Assembly (NCBI GenBank): GCA_041666305.1 | Contig: JBAYHD010000005.1 | Coordinates: 1 to 55,207, forward strand | Direction: 5' to 3' | DNA length: 55,207 nucleotides | Source of the DNA: Minisyncoccota bacterium | GTDB taxonomy: Bacteria; Patescibacteriota; Minisyncoccia; Phycocordibacterales; Phycocordibacteraceae | Part shown: positions 8,516-17,736 of the stretch, in pieces | How the letters are laid out: each line of letters starts with the position of its first letter | Position numbering within the stretch: the first letter of the stretch is position 1 | Program-made: the position numbers and the translations under genes | Notes under the pieces: generated by a model | What the model saw: only the letters and a program-made list of their open reading frames with translations | Told to the model about the DNA's origin: nothing | Database searches by the model: none

Positions 8516-11233
8516 CTATTTAATAAGTTGCTTAAATTCATCCGGTTCGGGCGGTTTCATCCAAGTCGTGAATAATCCAAGGCCAAGGAAACCTCGTGTC
8601 TGCATCATCTTGCCTGGGACCAATTTCCCGTCGACGAGACCCCATGGAATACGGTTTTCACCCGAGGAGTCCCCGCTGATGACAACTTTGCCCGGATTCT
8701 GCTTGAGATATTCTGTTATCGCGCCTAACCTCTCGGTTGGCGAGCCGCCATACGCGAAGAGTGCCCCATCCGGACTGGTATAGATATGTGGTTCGGCGAC
8801 CGGTATCTTAAGACCGAGCTGATTTGATATAAAGCCTTGTTCAACAACGGGCACAGGCGCTTGCGTCGCAGCCGCTTCCGCCGCGTTCGCGGGCGGAGTT
8901 TCCGCATGCGGTTCGCTCACGAATTCCGGAGCGTCGGTCCTATCAATTGTTGCTACCGGTTCCGGTGACACAATTTCTTTTTCCGGAAGCGGTTGGATTT
9001 TCTCGGCAGAAGGCGCTTCAGCAGGCGCAACTGGCACTTCCGGCTGAGCGACAGGTGTTTCTATCGGTGCGGTGAACGGCTCTGCGGCTTCGAACGGTTC
9101 CGCGGATGTTTCGGTTATGACAATTCCTTCTGCAGCTTCCGCAGGAGTGACTTTGGTCAATGACTCGGCAGAAGGGGCGCCGGCTTCCGGATGAAATGCG
9201 GGCGTCACCGGAGCACCGGCTGGCGCTTGAACGACTTCACCCAAATGAATTTGACCGTCAGCGCCAATGGTCATGTGCGCACCTACATCGATGCGGACAC
9301 TCGTACCGTCGGCATTGAAAAAACCGTGAGTGGAATCCGCAGCAATCTGGTGCACGACCTTATCAATGGATTGCGCATCGGCCTCAAGCAAGCGGCGGAT
9401 ATCGCTTCCTTCCGCATACGTGCTCGGATCAATGTGCTTATCCTGCAATTGTTCCCACACTCGCTTCACCATGTATTCGTATCCGTGACCCGCCGATGCC
9501 TCCACCGACGGCATCTCGGGTGCGACCGTTGCGGCGCTTGATTCAGCCGCTTGCGAAGCTGCCGCCTGCACATCCGCGGATGCCTGATGCCCTGTTTCCA
9601 CCGCGCGCATCGCTTGATATTGGACATCTGCGGACGCTTGGTGCCCGGCAGGAATTGCCGGATGTTCAAGCGTCGCTCCTTCGGCCGCAGCATGAGGAAC
9701 TTCTGGCGCTATAGATGAAGCGATACCAGCACCACTTGGCGGAGAGGCGACTTCTGTGGCCACGGCGGCGCCGTGCCCAAAGATGTTTCCGAGCCATTCG
9801 GTCACCTTCTCAGTGGCATATCGTCCAGCCATAGCAGATGCTCCTAGATATGCGCCTCCGAGCACAGCCGCATAGACATCTTTAAAGGTATCGGATTTAT
9901 TGGCGAGCCAATGTTCGGGATTTTTCGCAATACGCGCCTCCATTCCTTTGCGACGATTCAACGCAAACCCCGCACCACCCAATGCGCGCTGAGTGTACAT
10001 ACCTCCTGCAAAGATAGATGAAAGTGTCGGAAGTCCTGCGGTGGCCGCAACAGCACCACCGCCGATGAGCGCCGCGGTGATGTATGCCTTTTGCCGGAAT
10101 GGAAGCTTGTTGTAATTCTCGGTAAGAGCTTTCAAATCCGCTCCTAACTTCTCTCCTTTTTCATTGAGCGAGATATTCCTGTCCATAAAATACTTCGTGT
10201 ACGCCATTGCGCGCTCCGCACCCGTACGAACGGCCCGGAGCGATTCAATAGTGGGATTCGTCGCGACGTAGGCGACTCCCTTTCCTACCGCTTTTATATC
10301 TCCTGCAACATTTTTTGGGAATTGTTGAATAGTATCCCACAATTTCTTTTTCCAACCGTCACGCCAATCTTGTGTACGATCGGGCGTCGGCGAGATTTCC
10401 GGTTCGAATACAGGAGGTTCAGCTTGCGCTTCGTCATTTCCCCGACGATCACGGTTGTAGCGAAAAACCGCAGGATACTCTTCGTCCTCATTTGGATTCG
10501 GTTTCTCGGCCGCCGCTATCTGTGAAGATGCCTCTTCTCTGTCCTCCGGCTTCTTTGCAACCATGGCCGCAAGCTGCTCGGCAATGTAGTCCGGTTTCGG
10601 TCTCGGTTCGTAGAACTCTGGTGGCATTGGCGTGAGCGGTTTGACGGGCTCTGACTGAGCTTTCGGCTTCTGCGTTCGATGCTTGACCGGCTTCTTATTT
10701 TTGCTTTTCCTTTCTTTCTTCTCTTTGTCAGCACGCACTTCAGCCACATGAGCAAGATAACTTGCCCGTTTTTCTGCAGGAATCTTCTCGTAGGTTTTCC
10801 GCTCCTCCGGATCTAAGTGTTCCAAACCGGGCAAAATTGCTTCAGCAACAGCTGGTGTGATCGGTGATTCATTTTTCGCAGACTGCTCAGCGGCAACAAA
10901 CGCGTTAAATTTGCCCACTAGGCTACCCGCGACCTGCTCGCCATCCGGTGCTGTTGCACCGGGAACTGCTTCGGCTTCTGCCGCCCTCCTTGCTTCGATA
11001 TTTTTATCAATTAACGCATCTTCTTCCCTCTCACTCTGTATTGATTCCGCAGAAATCCCAGCGTCCTTTTTGTCCGCATCTCTCGGAGGTACTTCTGTCG
11101 GGACTGGCGTAGGTTGATTTGATGTTCGCGCGAGGGCGCGCTGAAGTTCCTCTTGAGTAGGGTCGACTTCTCCGCCTTTCGCCGGCCGAGATCTTCTACC
11201 TTCTTTAAAGCCTCCTCCGTTTCCTTTTGCCAT
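8516..11233 (-). CDS. Large low-complexity membrane protein co-oriented with the downstream ATPase
   Basis: 905 aa; Ala/Pro/Glu-rich N and C parts and central hydrophobic segments (AYITAALIGGGAVAATAGL, VYAAVLGGAYLGASAMAG). Its start lies 8 nt after the stop of the 925-aa ATPase gene. Confidence 0.6.
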   Translation of the reverse strand: MAKGNGGGFKEGRRSRPAKGGEVDPTQEELQRALARTSNQPTPVPTEVPPRDADKKDAGISAESIQSEREEDALIDKNIEARRAAEAEAVPGATAPDGEQVAGSLVGKFNAFVAAEQSAKNESPITPAVAEAILPGLEHLDPEERKTYEKIPAEKRASYLAHVAEVRADKEKKERKSKNKKPVKHRTQKPKAQSEPVKPLTPMPPEFYEPRPKPDYIAEQLAAMVAKKPEDREEASSQIAAAEKPNPNEDEEYPAVFRYNRDRRGNDEAQAEPPVFEPEISPTPDRTQDWRDGWKKKLWDTIQQFPKNVAGDIKAVGKGVAYVATNPTIESLRAVRTGAERAMAYTKYFMDRNISLNEKGEKLGADLKALTENYNKLPFRQKAYITAALIGGGAVAATAGLPTLSSIFAGGMYTQRALGGAGFALNRRKGMEARIAKNPEHWLANKSDTFKDVYAAVLGGAYLGASAMAGRYATEKVTEWLGNIFGHGAAVATEVASPPSGAGIASSIAPEVPHAAAEGATLEHPAIPAGHQASADVQYQAMRAVETGHQASADVQAAASQAAESSAATVAPEMPSVEASAGHGYEYMVKRVWEQLQDKHIDPSTYAEGSDIRRLLEADAQSIDKVVHQIAADSTHGFFNADGTSVRIDVGAHMTIGADGQIHLGEVVQAPAGAPVTPAFHPEAGAPSAESLTKVTPAEAAEGIVITETSAEPFEAAEPFTAPIETPVAQPEVPVAPAEAPSAEKIQPLPEKEIVSPEPVATIDRTDAPEFVSEPHAETPPANAAEAAATQAPVPVVEQGFISNQLGLKIPVAEPHIYTSPDGALFAYGGSPTERLGAITEYLKQNPGKVVISGDSSGENRIPWGLVDGKLVPGKMMQTRGFLGLGLFTTWMKPPEPDEFKQLIK

Positions 11234-11240
11234 ATGATAA

Positions 11241-14018
11241 TTATTTCGTGAGATAACGCTCGCGAATCATATTTTCAACTGTAGCACGGTCGCGGCCATA
11301 GGTGAGTGAGGAAAGATGCACGAGGTCTTCCACTTGTGCGTGATTAAGTGCCGGCAAGTCCGGCGTTCTCATGTCAAAAGGCTTCTGCGGTATGCCGGCG
11401 GCAAGAATTTTCGCATACGCATTGCGCGTTTCAATATTCACAAAATCGAGCGCTTCAAAGACTGGAGCGAACTGCTTCGCGAAGAATTCCGCATCTTCCT
11501 CGCCCACACGGAAAACCGCCATGTTGCCCACATTGCCGAAGACCGCATCGCGCGTCTTCTCTTCTATCTGCTTGAGGAACTGATGCGCCACGGTGAGCGC
11601 AAGCTTGTATTTGCGTGCCTCCGAAAGAATGCCGGGAATGGAATCGGTCGTTACATTCTGGAACTCGTCTATATATAGGTAGAACGGCGGATACGGCGCA
11701 CGAGGATTATCGGCGCGCGAGAGCGCCGCCATAAAGAGCTTGCCGACGATGATAAGGCCGAGGAGATTCGCATTCTTCTCGCCCAGGCGGCCCTTGGAAA
11801 GATTGATGAGCAGGATTTTCTTTGTATCCATCACCTCGCGGAACTTGAACGACGATTCTTGCTGGCCGACGATGGGGCGAATGAAATCGTTCGCGGTGAA
11901 ATCGTCGAATTTGTTCGTGATGTACGGCACGATGTTTTCAAGCGACGCGTCGCCGCCGGCCTTCGATGCAATGTCGTTCCAAAATTGATTCACGATGGGG
12001 TTCATGCTCTTCGCAAGCTTCTCGCGGCGGAACTCGCTATTGGAAAGCACGCGTGCGATATCCAAAATGGTGGAGCCGCTTGCGGGGTCTTCCATCACGA
12101 GCTGAGTCGCGTTGCGGAAGTATTGTTCGAATGCCGGTCCCATACTTTCGGGCACATCGCCGTAGAGCCGGCGGAATATCATCAAAAGCTCGTTCACGAT
12201 GAAGGTTTTCTGCTCCGGGCGCGAAATATTGTATTCAAGGAAGTTCAGCGAGAACGGGCGCGAAAGGTCGGCAGGATCGAAATAAATAACGTCCTTGTAT
12301 CGCTCCGGCGGCACCGCGGCAAGAATATCCAAAATGTCCGAACCGTGCGGGTCAATGAAGCAGCACCCCTCGCCGTTCATGATGTCCTGAATGATCATGG
12401 ACTTCATCAGTCCCGTCTTACCGGTTCCGGTTTGACCGATGATATAGAGGTGGCGCAGGCGGTCTTCGGGATCGAGGTATACGCGCGTTTCCTGCCCGCG
12501 ATACGTGTTTATCCCCAGAAGAACCGACCCCACTGGCGCTTGCCCCGTTTGAAATCCGATTTCTAATGGGGCAGGCGCATGCGTGAAGCGCGATTGTTTC
12601 AGATGCGGCGAGGATTCAATACCCGATGGCGGGAAATGGTAGATGGTGGTGAGTTCGCGCAAAGACAATGGGAGCGCATCAGCGCCAGAAAGACGGAATG
12701 AAAAATTATCGAACTCTTCCTGTGCATGGTGCCCTTCGGCGCGTACGAACTTCAATTGATTTCCCTGCGTATTCCCGAATTGATTGAATGATGCTTCCAA
12801 ATCGCCGAGTATTTGTTCCGCCGTGCGCTCGTTCCCCGAGGAAACGACGAGTCGTATCGTCGCACCCACGATGGGCGAAGCGATCTTCTTCTCCACCTGC
12901 TCGATGTAGATTTTGTTCGCTTCCACTTGACGCGTCTCTGCCTGCTTCGCTTTCTCCACATCCTTCGGCTTGCTGGAGAAAAGTGTTTTGCCGATATCGC
13001 GCGCAAATTCTCCGAATGCAGTCTCAGGTGTGGAGAAGGCGGACGATTTTTTCTCTCCCTTACGCAACGCCTGCAAAATTTTCCGATAATGCTTCACATG
13101 CCGGTCGCCGCGCGGTTCAATGATTATCTGGAGCGCCGCGCCTTCGCCGATGTGCTCAATTTTTGCGAACGCATTGAGTATCGCATTGAGAGGGTCTTGG
13201 TCGAAGTCGGTGTAATCCTTGAGCGGAAGGACCGGATTGTCGGTAAAATGTGCGACCGAGGCGAGCGAGGTCCCGCCGCGCGCGAATACGTTGTAGTCGT
13301 ACGGCTGCGGGACCAGGTGCGCATCGGGGAATACAGCGAGCAGCTGTTTTTCGAAAAGATTGCGCTTGCTGTTCGGTACTGCGGCGTAGAACTGCAGTTC
13401 GGGGCTGTCTGCAGGCACGGCTAGCTCGAGCGCGAAATGATGCGACTCGCCTGAAACCGCGTCTCCAACGGAAAGCAGGCCGGAATAAAATTGCTCCATA
13501 GCGGAGATGAGCTCCTTGAGCGTCTTCGTGCGCACATTCGGCTCGGCATTTTTCGGCTCCGGCAGCGCAATTTCATACAGCGTCATGCGCAGTGCTTGAA
13601 AACGAGGCGTCTGTTCATCAAGCCCGGGTGCTCCGATACCGGCTGCAATGTACCGCACGAGGTAGCGATGAAAGTCATCCGCAATATGCGGGTCGCGAAG
13701 TTTTTCAAGCACGTGGAGTGCATTTTTGATGCCCTTTTCTTCCATGGTGCGACGCAGGGCGTCTATCGCGCCGGCTCCCCCGCCTAAATTGAGCTCGGCG
13801 AGTATCGCTTCCGCCTCGCTTTCTTTTGTTGCGTTGTTGATGCGATATTCGGGGGCAAGGATTTTTTCAGGCGCTGCCTGATGCTCGTGAATTGTTTCAG
13901 AAATGATCTGTGCGCGCTCCGCGCCTTGGCCCGCGAGTTCCGCTTCTTTGCTCGCGACCCGCTCGCGCAGATACGCGAGCTCTTCCTCGGGCGTGGACAA
14001 CTTCGGCGCTGTTTCCAT
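11241..14018 (-). CDS. FtsK/HerA-superfamily ATPase resembling T4SS coupling proteins (VirD4/TraG/TraD-like)
   Basis: 925 aa; Walker A IIGQTGTGKTG, CCFIDPHGSD, Walker B-like YLYIDEFQN, LTVAHQF. Confidence 0.75.
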   Translation of the reverse strand: METAPKLSTPEEELAYLRERVASKEAELAGQGAERAQIISETIHEHQAAPEKILAPEYRINNATKESEAEAILAELNLGGGAGAIDALRRTMEEKGIKNALHVLEKLRDPHIADDFHRYLVRYIAAGIGAPGLDEQTPRFQALRMTLYEIALPEPKNAEPNVRTKTLKELISAMEQFYSGLLSVGDAVSGESHHFALELAVPADSPELQFYAAVPNSKRNLFEKQLLAVFPDAHLVPQPYDYNVFARGGTSLASVAHFTDNPVLPLKDYTDFDQDPLNAILNAFAKIEHIGEGAALQIIIEPRGDRHVKHYRKILQALRKGEKKSSAFSTPETAFGEFARDIGKTLFSSKPKDVEKAKQAETRQVEANKIYIEQVEKKIASPIVGATIRLVVSSGNERTAEQILGDLEASFNQFGNTQGNQLKFVRAEGHHAQEEFDNFSFRLSGADALPLSLRELTTIYHFPPSGIESSPHLKQSRFTHAPAPLEIGFQTGQAPVGSVLLGINTYRGQETRVYLDPEDRLRHLYIIGQTGTGKTGLMKSMIIQDIMNGEGCCFIDPHGSDILDILAAVPPERYKDVIYFDPADLSRPFSLNFLEYNISRPEQKTFIVNELLMIFRRLYGDVPESMGPAFEQYFRNATQLVMEDPASGSTILDIARVLSNSEFRREKLAKSMNPIVNQFWNDIASKAGGDASLENIVPYITNKFDDFTANDFIRPIVGQQESSFKFREVMDTKKILLINLSKGRLGEKNANLLGLIIVGKLFMAALSRADNPRAPYPPFYLYIDEFQNVTTDSIPGILSEARKYKLALTVAHQFLKQIEEKTRDAVFGNVGNMAVFRVGEEDAEFFAKQFAPVFEALDFVNIETRNAYAKILAAGIPQKPFDMRTPDLPALNHAQVEDLVHLSSLTYGRDRATVENMIRERYLTK

Positions 14019-14024
14019 TTCCTA

Positions 14025-14121
14025 CAGTATACCCGAGCACTCACCGTTTTTTTCGTTCACTCTGCACAAGTTTGGTGTGGAGAGTGTTTCTAGGAGAATC
14101 GGTGAGTGCTCGGGTATACTG
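14025..14121. promoter_or_regulatory. Perfect 22-bp inverted repeat (52-nt spacer) carrying a TATACT -10 box in each arm, between divergent start codons
   Basis: CAGTATACCCGAGCACTCACCG (14025-14046) and CGGTGAGTGCTCGGGTATACTG (14100-14121). TATACT lies 7 nt before ATG 14018 (minus strand) and 8 nt before ATG 14129 (plus strand). Inner imperfect repeat CACTCTGCACA/TGTGGAGAGTG. Confidence 0.8.
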
Positions 14122-14128
14122 CACTCAC

Positions 14129-14746
14129 ATGCTCGATTTCCTCACCGCCTGTATACAGCTTGATCCAATCTCCATTATAAAAACAGGCAGTTATCTCGGT
14201 CTCGCAATCGCCATCTTCTCCGAGAGCGGATTGCTCATCGGCATATTTCTCCCCGGCGACTCGCTTCTTTTTGCCGCGGGACTACTTGCCGCCGGCGGAT
14301 TCCTCTCCCTCGTGCCGCTCGCGCTCGTCGTGACCGTCTCCGCGATACTCGGCGACTCGGTCGGCTATTGGTTCGGCGCAAATGTCGGCGTGAATTTTTT
14401 CAAGCGCAAAGACTCGTTCTTTTTCAGACAGGAATATCTCAAGCGCACGGAACTTTTCTACCAAAAATACGGCGGGCGCGCGGTCGTGCTCGCGCGCTTC
14501 GTGCCTATCGTACGCACTATCGCACCGATTCTCGCCGGCATTGGAAGCATGACGTACAAAGAATTTCTTCGATATAACATTCTCGGCGGACTCCTTTGGG
14601 GCATCGGGATGACCTCGCTCGGGTATTCGCTCGGCTCGGTACTTCCGAACAGCGAACACTACATCCTTCCTATTTCGCTCGTCATCATCGCGCTTTCTTT
14701 CCTCCCCATCCTCATCAATATCCTCCGCGGCAAGCGCGCGGTCTAA
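14129..14746 (+). CDS. DedA family membrane protein
   Basis: The ORF-track frame 13910-14746 is trimmed to ATG 14129 (MLDFLTAC...). It has the DedA motif SGLLIGIFLPGDSLLFAAG. The longer start would run through the inverted repeat and the divergent gene. Confidence 0.85.
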   Translation: MLDFLTACIQLDPISIIKTGSYLGLAIAIFSESGLLIGIFLPGDSLLFAAGLLAAGGFLSLVPLALVVTVSAILGDSVGYWFGANVGVNFFKRKDSFFFRQEYLKRTELFYQKYGGRAVVLARFVPIVRTIAPILAGIGSMTYKEFLRYNILGGLLWGIGMTSLGYSLGSVLPNSEHYILPISLVIIALSFLPILINILRGKRAV

Positions 14747-14952
14747 AGACCAACGCCAGTCAGGGTCGTCGTGTATGAGCTGATGAATTGCGGAATGGCG
14801 AATGCAAGACCGATAAGAGGGATGATAATGAGCGCGATAGTGACGACGCCGGTCCAAAAAAGATATTTGCGTGTGGATTCCACGGCACGATACGCCGCAT
14901 CGGCTTTTGCGCTTATCTCCTCAAGTTTCGCGAGCAGTTCAGGATCAATCAT
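14743..14952 (-). CDS. Hypothetical small membrane protein
   Basis: 69 aa; one TM helix; overlaps the next gene by 8 nt (operon-like). Confidence 0.4.
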   Translation of the reverse strand: MIDPELLAKLEEISAKADAAYRAVESTRKYLFWTGVVTIALIIIPLIGLAFAIPQFISSYTTTLTGVGL

Positions 14953-15280
14953 TGCGCCACAGGTGGAACACCCAGTTCACCACGGCAAGGACTATTGCGA
15001 AGAAAAATGCCGGCCAAAATCCCGCAACGAGGAATCCTGGTACGACGTATGACGCAAGCATTACGAGAAGCGCATCTATGACGAGCGTAAAAAGACCGAG
15101 CGTGAGCAGCGTTATCGGGAACGTGAGAATGACGATAACGGGACGAACGATAAGGTTAAGAGCGCCGAGGACGACTGCCGCAATGAACGCACCGAGAAGC
15201 GTGACGGTCACGCCCGGGACAACGTACGTCGTGATGCCGATCGCGAGAGTTGCAATGATCCAATGAAAAAGTGTTTTCAT
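14945..15280 (-). CDS. Phage-holin-family-4-like (DUF360-type) membrane protein
   Basis: Start trimmed to MKTLFHWIIATLAIGITTYVVPGV; 4 predicted TM helices typical of this family. Confidence 0.6.
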   Translation of the reverse strand: MKTLFHWIIATLAIGITTYVVPGVTVTLLGAFIAAVVLGALNLIVRPVIVILTFPITLLTLGLFTLVIDALLVMLASYVVPGFLVAGFWPAFFFAIVLAVVNWVFHLWRND

Positions 15281-15287
15281 GCGCGGA

Positions 15288-16001
15288 TTATACCAAATGC
15301 ACGACCGTGTAGAGCACGAGTGCGCCAAAAAGCGTCATGATGGTCGTGAGCGCGCGCGGATGCCGATGATGGCTTTCAGGAATGAGGTCGCTTGCCGAGA
15401 GGTAGAGGAACGAACCGACGAAGACGGCAAGTACGAGACCGATGGATGATTCGGGAATGCGGAAAAGAAGCGTGGAGGCGGCGCCGGCAACCGGCGCCGC
15501 CGCATCGATCAAGAGCCAATTAAATGCGCGACGCCAGCTCCCGCCGTTTTTCAGCACCAGGTTTACCGTATTGATACCGTCAGAAAAATCGTGCGTGAGC
15601 ACGGCGGCCGTTACGACGATGCCGACCGCAGCGGACGCCTGAAAGCCGATGCCGATCGCCATGCCGTCCAGAAAACTGTGCGTGGAGAGTGTGAGTGCGC
15701 CGAAAAACCCCCGCGGGGTGTTGATTTCTGAGTCTTCTTCGTGTGTGTGGAGAAGAATGAGTCGGTCAAGCAGCAAGTATCCGAAAAATCCAATGGCAAT
15801 GAAAAATGATATGGTCGCGCTGGTATGATATATCATACCAGCTTGAATCGCCTCGGGCAGGAGATCAAAAAGAGCAACGCCCGCGACCGCACCCGCCGAG
15901 AAGCCGAGGATGAGATGAAGCTTGTCGCGGAATCGCAGGGCGAATGAACCTCCTATAAAAGTGGCGACCGAAGCGGCCAGGGCGATATATAGGATATTCA
16001 T
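15288..16001 (-). CDS. ZIP family metal transporter
   Basis: Start trimmed to MNILYIALAA; HSFLDGMAIG and HDFSDGINT motifs. Contains the 24-nt palindrome at 15819-15842. Confidence 0.85.
   Translation of the reverse strand: MNILYIALAASVATFIGGSFALRFRDKLHLILGFSAGAVAGVALFDLLPEAIQAGMIYHTSATISFFIAIGFFGYLLLDRLILLHTHEEDSEINTPRGFFGALTLSTHSFLDGMAIGIGFQASAAVGIVVTAAVLTHDFSDGINTVNLVLKNGGSWRRAFNWLLIDAAAPVAGAASTLLFRIPESSIGLVLAVFVGSFLYLSASDLIPESHHRHPRALTTIMTLFGALVLYTVVHLV
15819..15842. repeat. 24-nt perfect palindrome inside the ZIP transporter gene
   Basis: GCTGGTATGATATATCATACCAGC; in-frame AGMIYHTS. Confidence 0.95.
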
Positions 16002-16070
16002 ATTGCTAATAGTACCGCATAGAAATAATAAACCCACCGAAGCGGACTTATTGTCCTTTCTTGGTGGGTT

Positions 16071-16727
16071 TCAGAATGGTATGTCGTCGTTGTAATCGTT
16101 GCCTTGTGAAGATTCCGGGATTCTCTTTGGTCCTCCGCGAATGACGGGTCGATCAGTTCTCGGAGGTCCTCCCCTGATAACAGGCCGAGTTGTTTCTTGG
16201 ACCACTGGTGCCGGTTTTTTCTTCTCGTCCAACGAATCGTGTCCGATGTGAGTGATTTCTCCCGTGGACATGTTGACGATGAATCCGCGATCCTTGCCAA
16301 CATAAGGCAAACTGCCTGATATCTTTTCCCTCGTAACGAATTCATGAGCGGTCTCCGCAACGACGGAAGGCATCTCGCCATGAGCGACAACAATAATGAC
16401 ATTTGCATTATAGTGATCGGCAAGTCTCAATACCTTGTCGAGAATTTCATGCGGCTTACGAATTTCGTCCCGGTCGGTCATGTACAGGTTAGTGACGATC
16501 ATGTCTTCGCCCGTACATCTCAACGCTCGGATGGACTCTAGTGCTCTCGGGAGAGCCGAGAAACTGAAGCAGACACGAATTGTTTCTGAATCTCCAAAGG
16601 TCTTGGTAACGAACGCATTGACGACCGTCCGGAGATTTTCCATCTGCTTGCGACCATCTTCCGACAACGGTGACGAATCACCGCCGCTATATTCGCCGTG
16701 CCGTACGATAACAAGGAGCTTATCCAT
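16071..16727 (-). CDS. Histidine phosphatase (phosphoglycerate-mutase-like) family protein with repeat tail
   Basis: Start trimmed to MDKLLVIVRHGE (RHG motif); second His in VVAHGE; C-terminal RPVIRGGP repeats; GGAGGG SD. Confidence 0.65.
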   Translation of the reverse strand: MDKLLVIVRHGEYSGGDSSPLSEDGRKQMENLRTVVNAFVTKTFGDSETIRVCFSFSALPRALESIRALRCTGEDMIVTNLYMTDRDEIRKPHEILDKVLRLADHYNANVIIVVAHGEMPSVVAETAHEFVTREKISGSLPYVGKDRGFIVNMSTGEITHIGHDSLDEKKKPAPVVQETTRPVIRGGPPRTDRPVIRGGPKRIPESSQGNDYNDDIPF

Positions 16728-16807
16728 GTTGTAATTCCCTCCAAAAATTGAATGGATGTACCAGTATTCTGTCGTCCTTTTACAACTTTTGGTACCAAAA
16801 CGCAACT

Positions 16808-16843
16808 GTCTCAATTTTTATCCTATAGGATAAAAATTGAGAC
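16808..16843. repeat. 36-bp perfect AT-rich palindrome, intergenic
   Basis: GTCTCAATTTTTATCCTA|TAGGATAAAAATTGAGAC; lies between the DsbA terminator and the histidine-phosphatase gene. Confidence 0.9.
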
Positions 16844-16861
16844 ACCCGATAAAATACGCAA

Positions 16862-16888
16862 CGCGCGACCGGCGGAGCCGGTCGCGCG
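16862..16888 (-). terminator. GC-rich hairpin terminator downstream of the DsbA-like gene
   Basis: 12-bp stem CGCGCGACCGGC/GCCGGTCGCGCG; T-rich on both sides. Confidence 0.6.
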
Positions 16889-16984
16889 TTCTTTCTGGAT
16901 TTACTACCAAGCGAGCCGAGCGACGAACGAGTTCGTACTCGATTCGTCTGAGGCGAGCGCAGGGAGAAAGCTTGCGAGCAAAGC

Positions 16985-17686
16985 TTATTTCAGAAGCGCA
17001 TCAAGCGCCGTCTTGAAGGTTGCGTAGGGATACGCGCCCAGAATGGCTTGCGTCCCAATGACGAAGCCAGGAGTTGCGTTCACGCCGGCCTTCTGCGCTT
17101 CGGCCTTGTCTGCATCTGCTTCCGCCTGATAAGCGCTTGTGTTCGCTTTTACATCAGCGGCAACCTTCTTTGCATCAATGCCAGTAATGGTCGCATTGAG
17201 CTTATCTATGGACGCGGCGTCGCCGAACCCTATGTCCTGTTCTTCGTCTTGCGCCTCATACATCGCAGTACGCCACGCCATATATTGATCCGGATACAAT
17301 TTCCAAATCGAACGGTCATACAGAGCGGCTGTCGTTGAGTCATTGCCGAGGAACGTGAAGTTCATGAACACGACCTTCACCTTTCCGGTATCCACATAAT
17401 CCTTAACGATCTGCGGGAACGTCGTGAGCTCGAATTGTTTGCAGAATGGGCACTGAAAGTCGCTCCAGAAAGCGATAGTAACGGGCGCATTTGCGGACCC
17501 GATGAATGGATCGCCATCCGTCTTGATGTCTTTGATATTTGCCGAAGGGGCGGCTGGGGCGGCGGCCGTTCCGCTCGGCGCTACGGGAGACTTTGAGCCG
17601 TTCCAGAGGACCGCGCCTGCGATAAAGAGTCCCGCGAGAATGACTGCTGCTGGTAAGAAATACTTGTTTGTTTCATTTGTTTCCAT
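16985..17686 (-). CDS. DsbA-like thiol:disulfide oxidoreductase, membrane-anchored
   Basis: Start trimmed to METNETNKYF; CPFC active site; thioredoxin-fold context. Confidence 0.8.
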   Translation of the reverse strand: METNETNKYFLPAAVILAGLFIAGAVLWNGSKSPVAPSGTAAAPAAPSANIKDIKTDGDPFIGSANAPVTIAFWSDFQCPFCKQFELTTFPQIVKDYVDTGKVKVVFMNFTFLGNDSTTAALYDRSIWKLYPDQYMAWRTAMYEAQDEEQDIGFGDAASIDKLNATITGIDAKKVAADVKANTSAYQAEADADKAEAQKAGVNATPGFVIGTQAILGAYPYATFKTALDALLK

Positions 17687-17736
17687 ATGTGAGCGATGAT
17701 ACCATGCGAGCGGACAATACAACTAGGGGGGTTCCT

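Noticed and set aside
13910-14128. Long 278-aa version of the DedA ORF
   Set aside because: The extension runs through the divergent ATPase gene start and the 22-bp inverted repeat. The DedA homology begins at ATG 14129, which has a -10 box 8 nt upstream.
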